NCBI GenBank assembly: GCA_009914755.4 | Contig: CP086569.2 | Coordinates: 8,096,001-8,160,000, forward strand | Direction: 5' to 3' | Source of the DNA: the human T2T-CHM13v2.0 reference genome, Homo sapiens | Length of the DNA stretch: 64,000 bases | Part shown: positions 28,401-48,419 of the stretch, in pieces | Position numbering within the stretch: the first letter of the stretch is position 1 | Layout of the letters: each line of letters starts with the position of its first letter | Position numbers and translations under genes: made by a program | Notes under the pieces: generated by a model | Seen by the model: the letters and a program-made list of their open reading frames with translations, nothing else | The model's database searches: none | What the model was told of the DNA's origin: nothing

Positions 28401-31400
28401 CTACCTACGCCAACCTCAAAGTGAGGTGACTCTGCTGCCTGGGCCCTTGTGTAAGTAAGTGTTGTGATATGTCACTGGATCTGACATCCACATGATGTTA
28501 CAATCTTGCCAGTGTCACCTGCGCCAAAATCATTGTAAAATTTTTTTGTGTCCATCTCATGGGTGATGTAGCTAATATCTCTGAAATACGCCCTGTAGAA
28601 AGAAAGGATAGTGACATAATCAAAGGCCAGGCACACAGGTGATGGTACCCTGTTGCCAGAGCCATGCTCAAAGGAGGACATTTTGATAAATCTCTGGGTC
28701 TATCACCTAGGCAATGTGGCTCTCCTGCTTGGGCCCTGCCAACCTGGAGATTGACATGTTTCTAATCCAGGCACACAGTTGATGGGTCTCTCTTGCCAGA
28801 GTTATGCTGTATAGATGACTTTTTGACTGACATATCTCTGGGCCTATATATCACTTAGGTGAAGTGACTCTCTTCTTGGGCCACGCCACATGAAGCATTG
28901 TGGCATAAGCAGAGAACATACACCTTCATGACATAAATCTCTAATTTGGGTGGTGTCCTAAGAGAGCCTGTGACATATCTCCGAACTCAGCACCCAAGTA
29001 ATGTGGCTCTTTTGCCTGGCGTCTGCCCACATGTTACCTTGTGACATATTCCAAAGGAAGCACCTAGGTGATATGACTCTCCTCATCTACCTGAGCCCTG
29101 CCTACTGGAGACATTTGAAGATATCTCTGAGACCATGACCTAACTGATGTGACTCTCTTTTTCTGTCTGGGCCTTCACAGTAGGAGGATTTTCATACGTT
29201 GCTGAGCCTAGCACTCAGGATATGTCACTCTCCTCTTTTATTGAACCGTTTCCACAGAAAAGGAATTTTGACCTTTTGCAGGGCCCATATCCCAGATGTC
29301 ATTCTTCTGTCTTGGTTCTGAATAAAGAGGAAATTATGACATATTGCATATTGCTAGGCCCATCACCCCTATGATGTGACTCTCTTGCCCGTGTTTGAGC
29401 CAATAAAGGTATTTTGACATATCTTGGGCTCATTATGTAGGTGTTTTGGCTATCACAACTTGGCTGGGTTTTTTCCCACATCTGGCATGGTGTCATATTG
29501 TTGGGTCAGCACCCGATTAATGTGATCCAATTTCTTATACTATATCTAGAGAAGGTATTGTGATGTAATGTATGGCACAGTAACTAAGTGATGTTACCCT
29601 CTTGCCTAGTTTGTTGTCCACTTATGAGATTATGACATATACCTTTCTTCAGTTCACAGGCATGATGATCAAACTTATACTTGGATTCAGCCAATAGGAT
29701 ACATTTTGCTTCGCAATGTTAGTCTTAGGGGAATAGGTAATGTCCTAGGTTGCATATTTTTACCAAGCTCATAGAAGGTTAAAACACTAACCCATATTGT
29801 ATAAACTGTTTGGTGGTAGAAAGTTTCATGGGTCTTTTGGTGATGTATGATTCAGCATACCCATGAGGCTGTGACTACCCTACTGGAACACAATCTTCAA
29901 GTGGGATTGGGCCTCTTATTCATGGGTCTTGCCCATTGTTGTGACTGTGACTCAAATACTTTGACCAAACTCATAGAAAGTGTTGACTCCACATACACAA
30001 AACCAGGACTTGTGTGCGATGTGAAACTTATTCCCAAACATTTCTGAGAGTGTGATTAGGACAGGTAACTTTGCCCTGCAAATGAATAATTTGACTGTTT
30101 GTTCTAGGACGAGACCATAGAAGAAATTGTGTTGTGAACAAGCAACCTAGCAATATATTACACATTTCATGGTTCTGCCTACAAAAGGCAATTTTATATA
30201 TCATTAAGAACATCACCCAGGTGATGTGAAATATCTGCTTGAAACCTGCTTATAAAGAGAATTGTGTTTTATATCTAGGCCCATCATGTAAGTGATGTGA
30301 ATTCCTTCTACTGCCTTGGCTCTTCACTTACAGTGTACTGTGACACATAACTGGGTAGTGCACACAGGTGACATGATTCTCACTTTTGGGTTCTGCCAAC
30401 AGGAAGTGATGTAACATATCACTTGTCTCAGCACCTAAGTGATGTTTCTTCACTTTTGCTTGGGCCCTGACCACAGGGAGATTGTGACACATTGCTAGTC
30501 CCAGAAAAAATGTGAGGGCACTCTCCAGCATTGGTACTGCACATCGAAGACGTTGTGAGATATATCTAGGCAAATTGCTTAGGTAAATAAGTCTCCTCTC
30601 TTGCTACAGTCCTGCCTACAGAGGCAGTTTGGATATGTCACTGCAATCAGCATACAAGTGATGTGACTTTTATGCCAGGGTCCTGCCCTTCAAAGGTGAA
30701 TTGTGACATCTCACTGGAGCCACCACCACATAGGTGATGTGACTTTCTTGCCTTCTCTATGGTCAGTTGATATTGTGCAATATGCCAGAGATAATAACAG
30801 AAGTCTAATAACAACTCCTATGCCTGGCTTCAGGAGAGGGGCAGGAAGCTGACTCTTATTCTTAACCTTTCCACAAGAGTAACTGTGACATGTACTTTTG
30901 CCCAGATCCTGAATGACTTAATATTTCTGGCTAGGTATAGCCCATAAATGAGATTTTGACAAGTAGCTGTGACACATATATTAGTGATTGGCCTTTGCTA
31001 TCTTAACAAAGTCACCAGGAGGGAATCATAACATATTTCTGGACCCATATTCTAGGATACATGCCTTTCCCCTCCTGCCTGGATCCTGCTTTTTTTGGTA
31101 ATTGTAGCTTTTCTAAACACTACGTCCAAATGATATGAATTTCTTACTTGGACCCTGCCAACAGGAGGCATTCTGACATATGTTAGGGCCCAACATTTAG
31201 GTTATATGACTCTCCCCTCCTGCCTGGACATTGCCCACAAAGGACATTTTACCAGAGAGGTGGATCTAGAACACAAGTTATGTAAAATTTCTGACAGTAT
31301 CCTGCCCACTAAGAGAATGTGGCAATATTTCTAGCCCAGAATTCAGGTGATGTGGCTGTTCCATCTGCTTCATAACCACAGAGGGAATTGTAACATATAC

Positions 31401-33469
31401 CTAGGCACAGCTCACAGGAATGATAATGACTCTCATATGTGAACTCAGCCAATAGAGAATATTTTGACTCATAAGTAACTTTAGGGACATGCATGATGTC
31501 TTGAATCACCTTCTTCTGCAAAGGTCACAAAAGATTACAACATTCACACATATTTTACCCAGTCTTTAGATTCAGACAGCATCAAAGCAAGGCTCAGCAC
31601 ACAGGTGAAATTGTGAGTCCTGTATGTGCACTGAGCTGTGAGTAAGGACTGTCATTATCTCACATGGATTAAGCCAACTGTCACATATAAAAGCAAGATG
31701 GGTGGTATTTTAAATCTCACCTTTGGAATTTTCTGAAAATGTGATTGTGATAAAAATTTTTGCCAGGCTCCTGTGTAATTTGACTCTCCAGAATGTTTCT
31801 AACCCAGGATTGTGATATCTGTTTAGGCCAAACTCTAGGTGATATGACTCTCCTGCCTGGATCCTTCTCTCAGTAAGGATTGTAATATATCCCTGGATCT
31901 AGCATCCAGATGATGTTACATTCTTGCATGTGCCATGCCCATGCAAATTATTGTGACATATTTCTGTGTCCACATCACTCGTGTTGTAACTCTTTTCTCT
32001 GGAATGGGCTGTACACAAAGAAAGGATAGTGACATATTGGAAGGCCAGGTCTGCAGGCAAGAATACTCTTTTGCCAGAGCCATGACCAAAGGAGGACATT
32101 ATGACATATCTCTGGATCTATCAACTAGGAGATGTGGCTCTCCTGCTTAGGCCCTGCCAACCTTGAGAGTGAAATATTTCTTGGTCAGGCACACAAGTAG
32201 TGGTACTCCTTTGCCAGGGCTATGCTTCGTAGAGGACATTGTGACATATCTCTGGACCCATCTCCCAAGCGAAGTGATCCCATATTTGGGCCTTACCCAC
32301 ATGGGATATTTTGGCATACGCAGAGAAACTGCACCTAGGTGGTGTAACTTTCTCTGCTGGGGGCTGTTTTAAGAGAGTCTTGTGCCATATCTCAGGACCC
32401 AGCAGCCAAGTAATATGGCTCTTCTGCTGGGTTCTGACCACGTGTTACCTTATGATGTATTCCATGGGAAGCACGTAAGTAATATCTCTGTCTTTTTCTG
32501 CCTGAACCCTGCATGCTAGGGATATTGTGACATATCTTTGAGCCCATGACTTCAGTGCTGTGACTCTCTTTTTCTGTCTGGGCCTTCAAAATAGGAGGAT
32601 TTTGGAACATTACTGAGCCCAGCACTCACAATATGTGACTCTCCATTTTTTTCCTGAATTATGCCACAATAAAAGGAATTTTGAAATATTGCAGGGCCTA
32701 TAACCCAGATGATGTCACTCTACAACCTTGGTTCTGCATAAAGAGAAAATTATGACATAACACATATTGCTGGGCCCAGCAACCTTATGATGTGACTCTC
32801 CTGCCCGTGCTTCAGCCAATGAAGGTATTTTGACAACGGTAGCCCATTATGTAGCTGTTTTGGCTCTCATATTTTGGCATGTTTTTTTTCCATATGTGGG
32901 ATGGTGTCATATTGATGGGTCCAGCACCCAGTTAATTTGACCCAATTTCTTATACCATGCCTAGAAAAGGCATTGTTACTTATTGCCTGGCACAGTATCT
33001 AAGTGATGTTATCCTTATGCCCAGTTTTTTGCTCATATATGGGATTATGACATACAATTTTCTTCAGTTCACAGGCATGATGATCAAACTTAGACTGAGA
33101 TTCAGCCAATAAAAATATATTTCACCTCTCAGTGTTATCCTTAGGGCAATAGGTAAGGTCCTGGGTTGCATATTTTTTCCAAGTTCACAGAAGTTTACAA
33201 CATTAAATTATATTGCGAAAACTCTGGTGGTAGGGAATTTTATAACAGGGCCCAGCAAAAAGTTCAGATTGGGGCTCTCATTTACACACCCAGATGAAAT
33301 TAAAAATTGTCACCATCCCACGTTTACACTGCCCAGTGTAGAAGTTCTGAGTCTAACCAAGGAATACATCACAAAGTTGGAATTGGGACTTTTCTATGTG
33401 GATCTGGACACAGGTGTCACGGTGACTTATTTCTGAACAGAGACCACAGGCATAATAATGGGTGTTCCT

Positions 33470-33785
<316 letters not shown>

Positions 33786-34592
33786 AAAATAAAATGGGTC
33801 TTCTCTTTTAACCCTGCCTATAGGAGACATGTTGAGCGTCGTAACTCGGTTTAAGGCAATATGTAAGATTGTGAGTCCATATGAGCACACAGGCCTCAGA
33901 GAAGTTTGAACATCTCATGCAGGATTTTTAAGGCCCTTGGATGTTTTTGAGAGTGTCATTCGTTGGTCCAGCACACACGTGAGATTGTGATGAGTGCATT
34001 GTTACATATCACTAGGTCAGGATCATAATAACATGCCTCTCCTGCCTGGGCCTTTTTAACAGGGGATATATCACATGTATCTGGTTCTATCAGCTAGGTG
34101 ACTTGTCTCTGCTGCCTATGCCCTGCTTCCAGAGAACATTTTGAAATATCACTGAAAGTAGCATCTAGGTAATGTAATTCTTCTCTCCTGTCTGGGTCCT
34201 AAGCCCATAGGAATTGTGACATATGGCTGATTGTAAAAGCTAGGTGGTATGTCTCTCCCCTTTATTCAAGAATATATGTCTGTGTTGCATTCTATTTCAT
34301 TACTTTTGGTATTCTACCTTTATACCAGTATCAAAGTGCTTTGATTACTGTAGTACTTTGTGTGTGTTTGAAATTTGTTATGTGTAATGCTTCTAATATT
34401 TTTCTGCTTTTTAAAGCTTGTTGTGGTCTCAAGGTCTTATGTAATTTTGTGATTATTTTTCTATTATTGGAAAATTCAAATTTAAAATTTAAAACGGGTG
34501 TGTTTTATATGTGGGTTACACTAAGCAGCATGGACACATCATAATATTATATCTTCAAACCCTTAAAAGGAACATGCTCAAAATATGTTGTT

Positions 34593-34728
34593 GGCCAGGC
34601 ATGATGGCTCATGCCAGTAATCTCAGTACTTTGGGATGCTGAGGAGGGTGCATGCAGAGGTCAGGATGCTGAGGCCATCCTGGACAACCTGAAGAAACCA
34701 CGTCTCTACTAAAAAATAAAAAAAAAAT
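34593..34728 (+). mobile_element. Free left Alu monomer (FLAM/FRAM-like)
   Basis: ggccaggcatgatggctcatgccagtaatctcagtactttgggatgctgaggagggtgcatgcagaggtcaggat...cgtctctactaaaaaataaaaaaaaaa. Only about 135 bp, with no right arm. Confidence 0.6.
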
Positions 34729-35504
34729 TGTAATTTATGGTTGTTTGTGTGACCATATTGCAGGATCTTGCCAGCAGCCCACAATGCAATGGGGCTCTCT
34801 CTTTGTTCCCAGGCAGATCAGCAGGTTGAGAAATAATAGACACACACAAGGTAGTGAAAGCTGGGTCCAGGGGGGTCACTGCCTTCTGGTCCCACGGTGT
34901 AAACAATGCACTGGATATACCAGCATTTATTATTAAGTTTAGTGAGGGTGGGGGTAGGTTAGTGAGGGATTTAGGGTCATTTGATTATGAGGTGAGATGG
35001 TCGCATGGGGATGAAGTAATTCTTTAACATAACATCTGTATGCAGGAGTACAGTATACAGAGATAAGAATTTACAATATAGTGTGTGCATCAGTAATTTA
35101 TAACAGAGCCTTAAAACAGAAACACAGTCTTTCCATAACCTGTGATTAGCAAAATATTAATCAGCAGTAACAGTTGCAGCAAAAGCTGGTTATAAACAAT
35201 CCATAGAAACAGGATGTGAAGCTAGACAACTGGTTAGACCAGAAATTCTCAGAAGGGAGTATACCTTAACCCTAAAGAGGCCTAGAAGAGCCATGGCAAG
35301 ATGTGGGCATTGGTAGCCCTATCTTATCCATATAGACAAGCATCCCCCATGTATCCATTTATAGGCTCTCCACAAGGGTCGCATTCCATTCCCAGAGGTA
35401 TGAACATCTGCTTTTGCATGCAATTTTGTATTTACAATAATCAGGAGTATTTCATCTTTTATTCTGTAGCAATAGTTTCAGGGAGTCTTCCTACATGACT
35501 GTAT

Positions 35505-35700
35505 TCTCAGCTACTCAGGAATCATGGCGGTTTGTGCACCTATATTCCCAGCTACTAGAAAGGGTGAGTCCACGGAATCGCTTGAACCCAGGAGTTGGAG
35601 GTTGCAGTTAGCCATCACTGTGACACTGCACTCCAGCCTAGGGACAGAGCAATACCCCATCTCAGAAAGAAAGAAACAAACAACAACAACAAAACTTTTT
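35505..35700 (+). mobile_element. Alu right-arm fragment with a (CAAA/AAC)-type tail
   Basis: tattcccagctactagaaagggtgagtccacggaatcgcttgaacccaggagttggaggttgcagttagccatcactgtgacactgcactccagcctagggacagagcaa... Confidence 0.7.
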
Positions 35701-35838
35701 TTTCTGTTACCAATTTCTAGTTTTATTCCTTTGGGCTATAAATAATTGAAAATTTTAACTTAAAAAATGTTAAGTCTTCTTTTGTGGTGTCACACGTGGT
35801 CCATCTAGGAAAATATTTTGTTAGCTATTGAAAATAAT

Positions 35839-41390
<5,552 letters not shown>

Positions 41391-42621
41391 TACAGACTAG
41401 CTGCTTCTAGTCTTATAATAGGAACCTACTTCTTTATATTAAAATAATTTAATATTTTTTCAAAAGTAAATATTGATGTAATTTAACTCTTACATTTGTT
41501 GCTATGTCTTCATTTCTAGAATTTATGTAAAAGAACATAGACAATGGTCGCTTCACCAGAGTTATGAGAGCTTCTTCTATATTAGATGGACAGATTTATA
41601 TATTTTGCGATGGAACATTAAGAAAACTGAAATCTAAGATACATGAAGAATTTCTAAGTGAAAAGGCCAATTACTGGTTGGCTTATAACAGTATCATAGT
41701 GATAGGATAATAGGAGTGTGGTAAGTGATCAGGATAATATTATACATAGTAACTGCAACAATTTGAATTTTAGAGGAAAACTGCTTTACCATTTGTAAAT
41801 TAATGTAATTAAAATACAGTGAATTTCAAAATACCTTTTTAATGACAATGTGTAGATTTAATTTTTTCTAGTTAACCAAAATTGTTGTTATTAATGCTAT
41901 TTTACATTGAATGTATGTCTTGCCACTGATATTGACATATCCTATCTTACTCAAGTTTGTAGGTAACAGATGGTAACAATATACTATTGGGTGACAGTAA
42001 AATAAAATCTCTACTGATTCTTTTGTCAGTGGCCTTTAACTTAAAATAATTTAGAAAATATAGTTTTTATAATTTACATTCATGTTTTTCTTGTAACTAA
42101 AGGTTATTATAATGGTTTTAATGGAGATTATGAGTATAATGGAGCTACATTCTTCTGAATTCTGAACAACTATTTACAAAATTTTATCTTACTTTTTTCT
42201 GTTAAACATATGACTTCTCTGGTCTGCTGAACATGCAAAGATGTTTAGTTTTAATTTATATGAATTTAAATATAGGAGATACATTATTGTGAGATAAACT
42301 TTAGGTTTGCAACAGATCTATAGCAAGGAATCATAGTTATTTATGGCTGTGTACCTATTTTGAGAAGCAAATAAAATATTAGAATGAAACGGATAATTTT
42401 ACAAGTGTTGATAACTTACCATCAAATAAGAAACTTCAAAGATTTTGAAAGCAAATCTATTTTCTCAGCTTTGTATCAAACTTATTTATTTAAAATATTA
42501 CTGCTCCTGGCTTAGAATCATTTTGTGGAAATTCTGCTTTATTTGTTTCTTTGTTTGCCTGTTGCTAATTGTAGACAAAATATATAATAATCTTTTCAGA
42601 AAATTTCATAAAACATTCTTT

Positions 42622-42852
42622 GGTTCAGATGTGGTGGCTCACATCTGAAATCTCAGCACTTTGGAAGCCTGAGGCAGGTGGATCACCAGAAACCAGGGAT
42701 TTGAGACCAGACAGGCCAACATACTGAAACCCACCTCTACTACAAATCCAAAAATTATCTGGGCTTTGTGGTGGGAGCCTGTAATCCCAGCTACTTGGGA
42801 GGCTGAGGCAGGAGAATCATTTGAAACCTGGAGGGGGAGGTTGCAATGTACC
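42622..42852 (+). mobile_element. Alu, 3'-truncated
   Basis: ggttcagatgtggtggctcacatctgaaatctcagcactttggaagcctgaggcaggtggatcacc...ggaggctgaggcaggagaatcatttgaaacctggagggggaggttgcaatg. Confidence 0.8.
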
Positions 42853-45800
42853 TTCAGTTCTGGGTAGATTTGGGACATTTGAGTGATATATAAACAGTGG
42901 TTATGTTGCATCAAGTTCTATGAAAACACAACTTCTGCAAGTAGTAAAACCCAATAAGATTAGAAATATTTTTTCAGATATTGAAAGACAAAGAACAAGT
43001 AAATAATCTTTTGAGTTTCGGTGGTTAATGCAGTCAGTAAATTTAATCTCATTTCTATAATCTTTAAATTTTACTACTGAAGACCACAATAGACTTTTTT
43101 CTCCTAAATTTTTGCAACTATGTAAGCATGTTCATAATGTCACTTCCATAAATAATATGAATATCAATTGGCAGGTGTATTAATTGCTAAAATAAAATAT
43201 TTGAGAATTGTATTACTTACCATGTACAATAAAATGTTTTTAAGTTGCCTAATTAAAAAATCTGTCAACTGAATTACATGTCTAGGCAATTTTTTAAATT
43301 GAGAATAAGATGTAAAATAATTTATACAAGTAACATAAACTAAGTTTATGGAAATTGTTTACTCATTTAAGAAATCATATTACATTTTAAATAAATTGCT
43401 ATGACCTGTTAATATTTGTGTAGCATATTATTTTATTTAAATTTTGCTTCTAAAACAAGTAACAATTTAAACAAAGAAGGAAACAACAATTCAATGATTG
43501 GCCTGAAAATAAATTTCAGGAAAATAAAAGGTTTGTATGATGACTTAATTAAAATAATGTGAAGAGTAAAAATCTTAATATATGTTTTTGTACATTTTTA
43601 AGCAAAAGTGACTCTGAGATAGAAATGGTCAGAAAATATTATAATTATATTTTTTATACTCTCTTGCTGACTTTTGCACTTAGAAAACCTCCAAAACAGA
43701 CCCAGGATTCCCTAGACATTTCTTCCAGGAGAACAACCAATGGAAATGAAGCAGAAGGCCATATTCACAAAGACAAATTGATGCTCACCTCCTAGATGCC
43801 AGTGGGTGCAGGTTGCTGAAAGAGTTGTACAGTCTTGGAGGTCCAGCAAGGGGCTCTGTGCATCAACCTAGAAAAAGAGCCTGGAAATCCACTGAGATCT
43901 CCTGCCTGCAGAGGTCTCAGAAAGCCCTGAGGGAGGCCAGCCTAGGTGTTCTGACCTGTTCCTGTCCGTTGAGTCCTGCCTCACCTGATAGTTTTTCCAC
44001 AAATAAATCAGGATGGCACCCACCAATGCCACCCCACTAGAGGAAGGAGATGAAGTGTGTCAAGGCACACACCCAGTTTGAAACATTAAGTGAATTATTG
44101 ATTAATTAGTCAATAAGTTAGAGCAGAATGTGCCACTGTGACCCCCTGAAATCACATTTTAGGAGGAAATCTGGGTGGCACCTGACTGACACTTTGTATT
44201 GGAGGTAGGATCAACAGGCTACCTGGGTTTCAGTGAGCATGTGCTCCTAGCCAACACGGGGAGACATGGGCTTGGCAAGAGCCGGCAATATGGATGACAT
44301 ACAGCACACATGCTGAGCTGTCAGGTGGGCACTAATGGGTAGGCATGAGGGTTCCCTGAGTAGGAGAAACCTCTCAGGGCTCTGAACTCAGCCCAGAGAT
44401 CCCCCAGGCTTTTGAAGCACAGGATGTACCTGGAGCTGGAGGGTGGGCACTTTGCAGTGGCTTGGTAAAAGTGGGGTGAGCAGCCTGTCACTGAGGGGCT
44501 TTCATTGCCAATTTTTCTAATGAGCAAATTGAGCCCCTAAAGCTATAATCCAGGAGGGGCAAAAGCAAGTGTCTGAGGCATCAGTTTTTTTCTTTACTGG
44601 CTCCCTTAAGCCTCAGACTTCCCTGGGCTTGCTTGAATCCTCTCTGGGCTTGCCTTGAGAAAAAGGATTCTTATTCCTTGTGAATGTAGGCAGAGAAGCA
44701 ACTGGTCATTTGTAGTAGGCCCAATCACAGCTTCTTTTGCGGGCTGACCTGGGCCTCTACATTTCACTGGACTGTGAAACTGGAATTCCAGAGTCCAGAA
44801 TTCACATTTTGTTCTAGAACCAAAGAATTAAGTGCCAAGACCAGATCAGTCAGGGAGATCCTTACCCAGGGGCACTACAGGGATTATAGACACACATATG
44901 TAAATATAGAGGTGTGGAGTGGGAAATAAGGGTTCTCACAGCCTTCAGAGCTGAGAGTCTCGAACAGAGATTTACTCACGTATTATTAACAGCAAGCCAG
45001 TGATAAGCATTGTTTCTATAGATTATAGATTAACTAAAAGTATTCCTTATGGGAAACAAAGGGATGGGCTGCAATGAAGGAATGTGTTTAGCTAGCTATC
45101 TGCAACAGGAGCATGTCCTTAAGGCACGGATCCTCATGCTATTGTTTGTGGTTTAAGAATGACTTTAAGTGGTTTTCCACCCTGGGTGGGCCAGGTGTTC
45201 CTTGCCCTCATTCTGGTAAACCCACAACCTTCCGGTGTGGGCGTAATGGCCAATATGAACATGTCACAGTGCTGCAGAGATTTTGTTTATGGCCAGTTTT
45301 GGGACCAGTTTATGGTCAGATTTTGGGGGGGCCTCTTCCCAGAATTTAAGCATCCAGGCCAGAGCAGAAATGGGCCTGTTAATTCCATGGCACAAGGACG
45401 AAATCAGAGAACTGGCTTGACTGTTCAGCTACATCCAGGCCGGGTTTGTACTGTTTCAAGCAGGTCCCATTCTCTTCCTGCCTTCCATTAGCTCACCTGC
45501 AACTTGTCATCTGTACCAGACCTTTCTCTACCTGCCATATCCTATAATTTTTGAAATCCCTTCATGACTGCATGAGCCAAGCATCAAGGGTCAGAGAGCT
45601 CTAGCCTACTCAGGCTGTGCCAGGAATGGAAATCTCAAAAATTACCTCGACAATTAAGAATCATGTATAAATAGTACCAACTCTAGGAGGGGGGCTGTCA
45701 CATACTTAGATTCTTTTCTGGTCTCCACAACAAAAGATATGTTAGAAGGAGAAGGATAATAAGACACAACTCTGGCAGTTCTCTCTTTTAAAAGGCAACC

Positions 45801-46242
45801 TCAGCCTGGTCATTCTGGACCACAATTCTAAGGTTTGTTTCAGCATGTCCCACCTTGTAAAATAGTGTAACTGGGGCCCAGAATGTCATGGTCAAATGAG
45901 AAGCTGGAGAAGGAGCACCTTAGCAGCCTGAACACACCCATAACAGGAACAGACCCTACCAACTAAGAAGCCATCTTATTAACTTAGATATCCACACCAT
46001 CAATGTGCACACACAAGAGTCCTCTTAGATAAAATCCTGTCAACCCAGTGATTAAAAAAAAAAAAAAGCAAAAAAAGAATTTGAATCTAGAGTTTCAGGA
46101 AGAAGAATCTCTGTTGCCTGAAGCATACTGTATGATGGATGCAACTGACCATGTTAACTTTACTTGGAAATAACTGGTGACTAACCCTACATTAAAAGGG
46201 CTTCTGAGTGTTAAAACTTCCAAGTGAGAAAAATTGAGTTGT

Positions 46243-46506
46243 GGCCTGGCTGGGCACCGTGACTAATGCCTGTAACCCCAGAACTTACATAGTCTGAGCC
46301 AGGTGTATCACCAGAGGTCAGGAGTTCAATATCAGCCTGATCAACATGGAGAAACTTTCTACCTACTAAAAATAGAAAATTAGCCAGGCATGGTGGCACT
46401 TGCCTGTAATCCCAACTACATGGGAGGCTGAGGCAGGAGAAGATCATGCCATTGCACTCCAGTCTGGTCAATAGGAGTGAGGTTTTTGTCTCAAAGAAAA
46501 ACAAAT
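46243..46506 (+). mobile_element. Alu (old, J-like, with an internal deletion)
   Basis: ggcctggctgggcaccgtgactaatgcctgtaaccccag...ttagccaggcatggtggcacttgcctgtaatcccaactacatgggaggctgaggcaggagaagatcatgccattgcactccagtctgg. Confidence 0.8.
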
Positions 46507-48419
46507 AGTAGTGGCCAACCAGGAAATTATTATTTATCTTTGATGAACATCTGAGCCCCTGGTGTGTCGTATTCTGTGGCATGGAACACAGGCCACACAG
46601 GAGATTGAAACCCTTTTTTTGTTGTTAAATAAAGGCTGACAGGTGAAAGATTGTTCCGAAAAAATGTGCTAAATAAAAATACTATACAAACTGCAGGATT
46701 TTTGAAAGTGGGTGTAGTTATCCTACTAAGCCCACTGACACTGGACTTTCTCTCTTTTATGTAAGCCCCCAGTAAAACACCATATCTCATTCACTGGTTC
46801 TGAGTCTATTCTTTGACATCTTGAACTTGGTGCCATTTACACGGGAGTTGAATTTGACACAAATTACCCCATATTGAGGAAGGATTTCAGTCTCTGCTCA
46901 ATGTGCTTCAAAGCTCACCAAGGTATCAGCTTGGTGATAGAAGGATGCGGTTGTTCCCTTTATCACTGTGATTCAAGCCTCTTTTTTCAGATGAACCTTC
47001 AGTGGAATACCAAGAAAGATGAACATGAAGCACACCATACTCAGAAGCAACATTGATGCCAGAACAGGCAGTGACCAATTTCAAAGCAAAAGAGAGAATT
47101 TTCCTTCCTTTGTGAGCAACTTTCAACTTCTCTCATCACTTTCTGGCTTCAGTAATGGTTTCATCCTGGGTCTGGAGGAACCATAGGTCCTGGGTAGTAA
47201 AAACCTTCACTTTATCCTGCTGCAAAAAATCTTTCTTTTGACAAATATGTCCTCTATGATCATGAGCTTCTAAGCAATCTGGACAAAGCACAACCTAAAA
47301 CACCTATGAAAGAGAGATAAATAGGTGTTAGGGAAACAATCTCCCACTTTTTTCCTTGTCAAATTCAAACAACTTTGATGGTAGACAAATGTTCAGAAGA
47401 GGACAGCATAGTATAACTCCTCATCATGAGAGTTTGTAACCAAAGTTTTCAATCCTAACTGTGAGAGCTCCAAATAAAAACCAGAAGTTACTTCACTGTG
47501 CATCTATCAATGTCTCAGTGAACCACATTTTATTTGTAACACTGAGGAGCCTTCACTGAGGATCTATTTTTCAAATTCTGGAGAACCCCTGCAGAGAAAG
47601 ACAAACATGATCCAAATTGTGTACACAGGAGTACACCTTACTCACATATTAAAGGCTGTAAATGTCTCAAGATGTTTCCTTGACTCTGGTAAACTATACA
47701 AGTAGTAGTAATGTTTCAAGCTAAAGTCAGAAAGATTACTTCAGTTTTCTGTTAGTCCAGTCCATTCAGTTAACTCTTCTTTTGTTTGATATTCATGAAT
47801 ATTTTAGCTCTTTAAGAGTCCTCTAAGTTTTTCTTGTATTCCAATGTAACAAGCTCCAAAGTTATCACAAACCTGCAATTGAGAGCATTTTTCAAAGATC
47901 TGTAGCTGATTGAAAATGCTTTATAAAAAACATCAAAACAGGACAACATTTATCTGTGTATAACAAAATGTCCAGGGTAGTTACAGTCAGAAACATGGCA
48001 AAAATTTTCGTTATTTCTATGGTTTACAACAACTTAACATAACAAACTTAAGTAGGGATTATAGCATATACTTCAGACACTAGAATTTTAGAAATCTCAC
48101 TAAATTTTGGAACGTGTATTAGTATTAGTCACCAAAATATAATCTAAATAATATTAAACGCCATTTTGGCAATCCCATGTAATTAATCCTGTCATATAAT
48201 CCTGTTTATCTCTCTTGTGGATATACCAGGGACCCTCTGTAGCATCTAAAATCCAGAAATTAAGAAAGATAATTTTGTAGATAAAGTTTAACCAAAATGG
48301 TGGCTTAGAAATGTAAAAAGCAAAAAACTTCTTATAATTCTTTATGAATTTTGGCAAAGAACAGATTAGCGCCTTAGCAGTAACTTGTTGAGCTTTTATT
48401 TCAATGCCCAATTTACAAG

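Noticed and set aside
34740-35500. A possible LTR or ERV fragment (begins with tgtg..., ends in ...ca)
   Set aside because: I cannot match it to any family from memory, and there are no paired LTRs or internal ERV ORFs. It is left as unclassified inside the non-satellite island.
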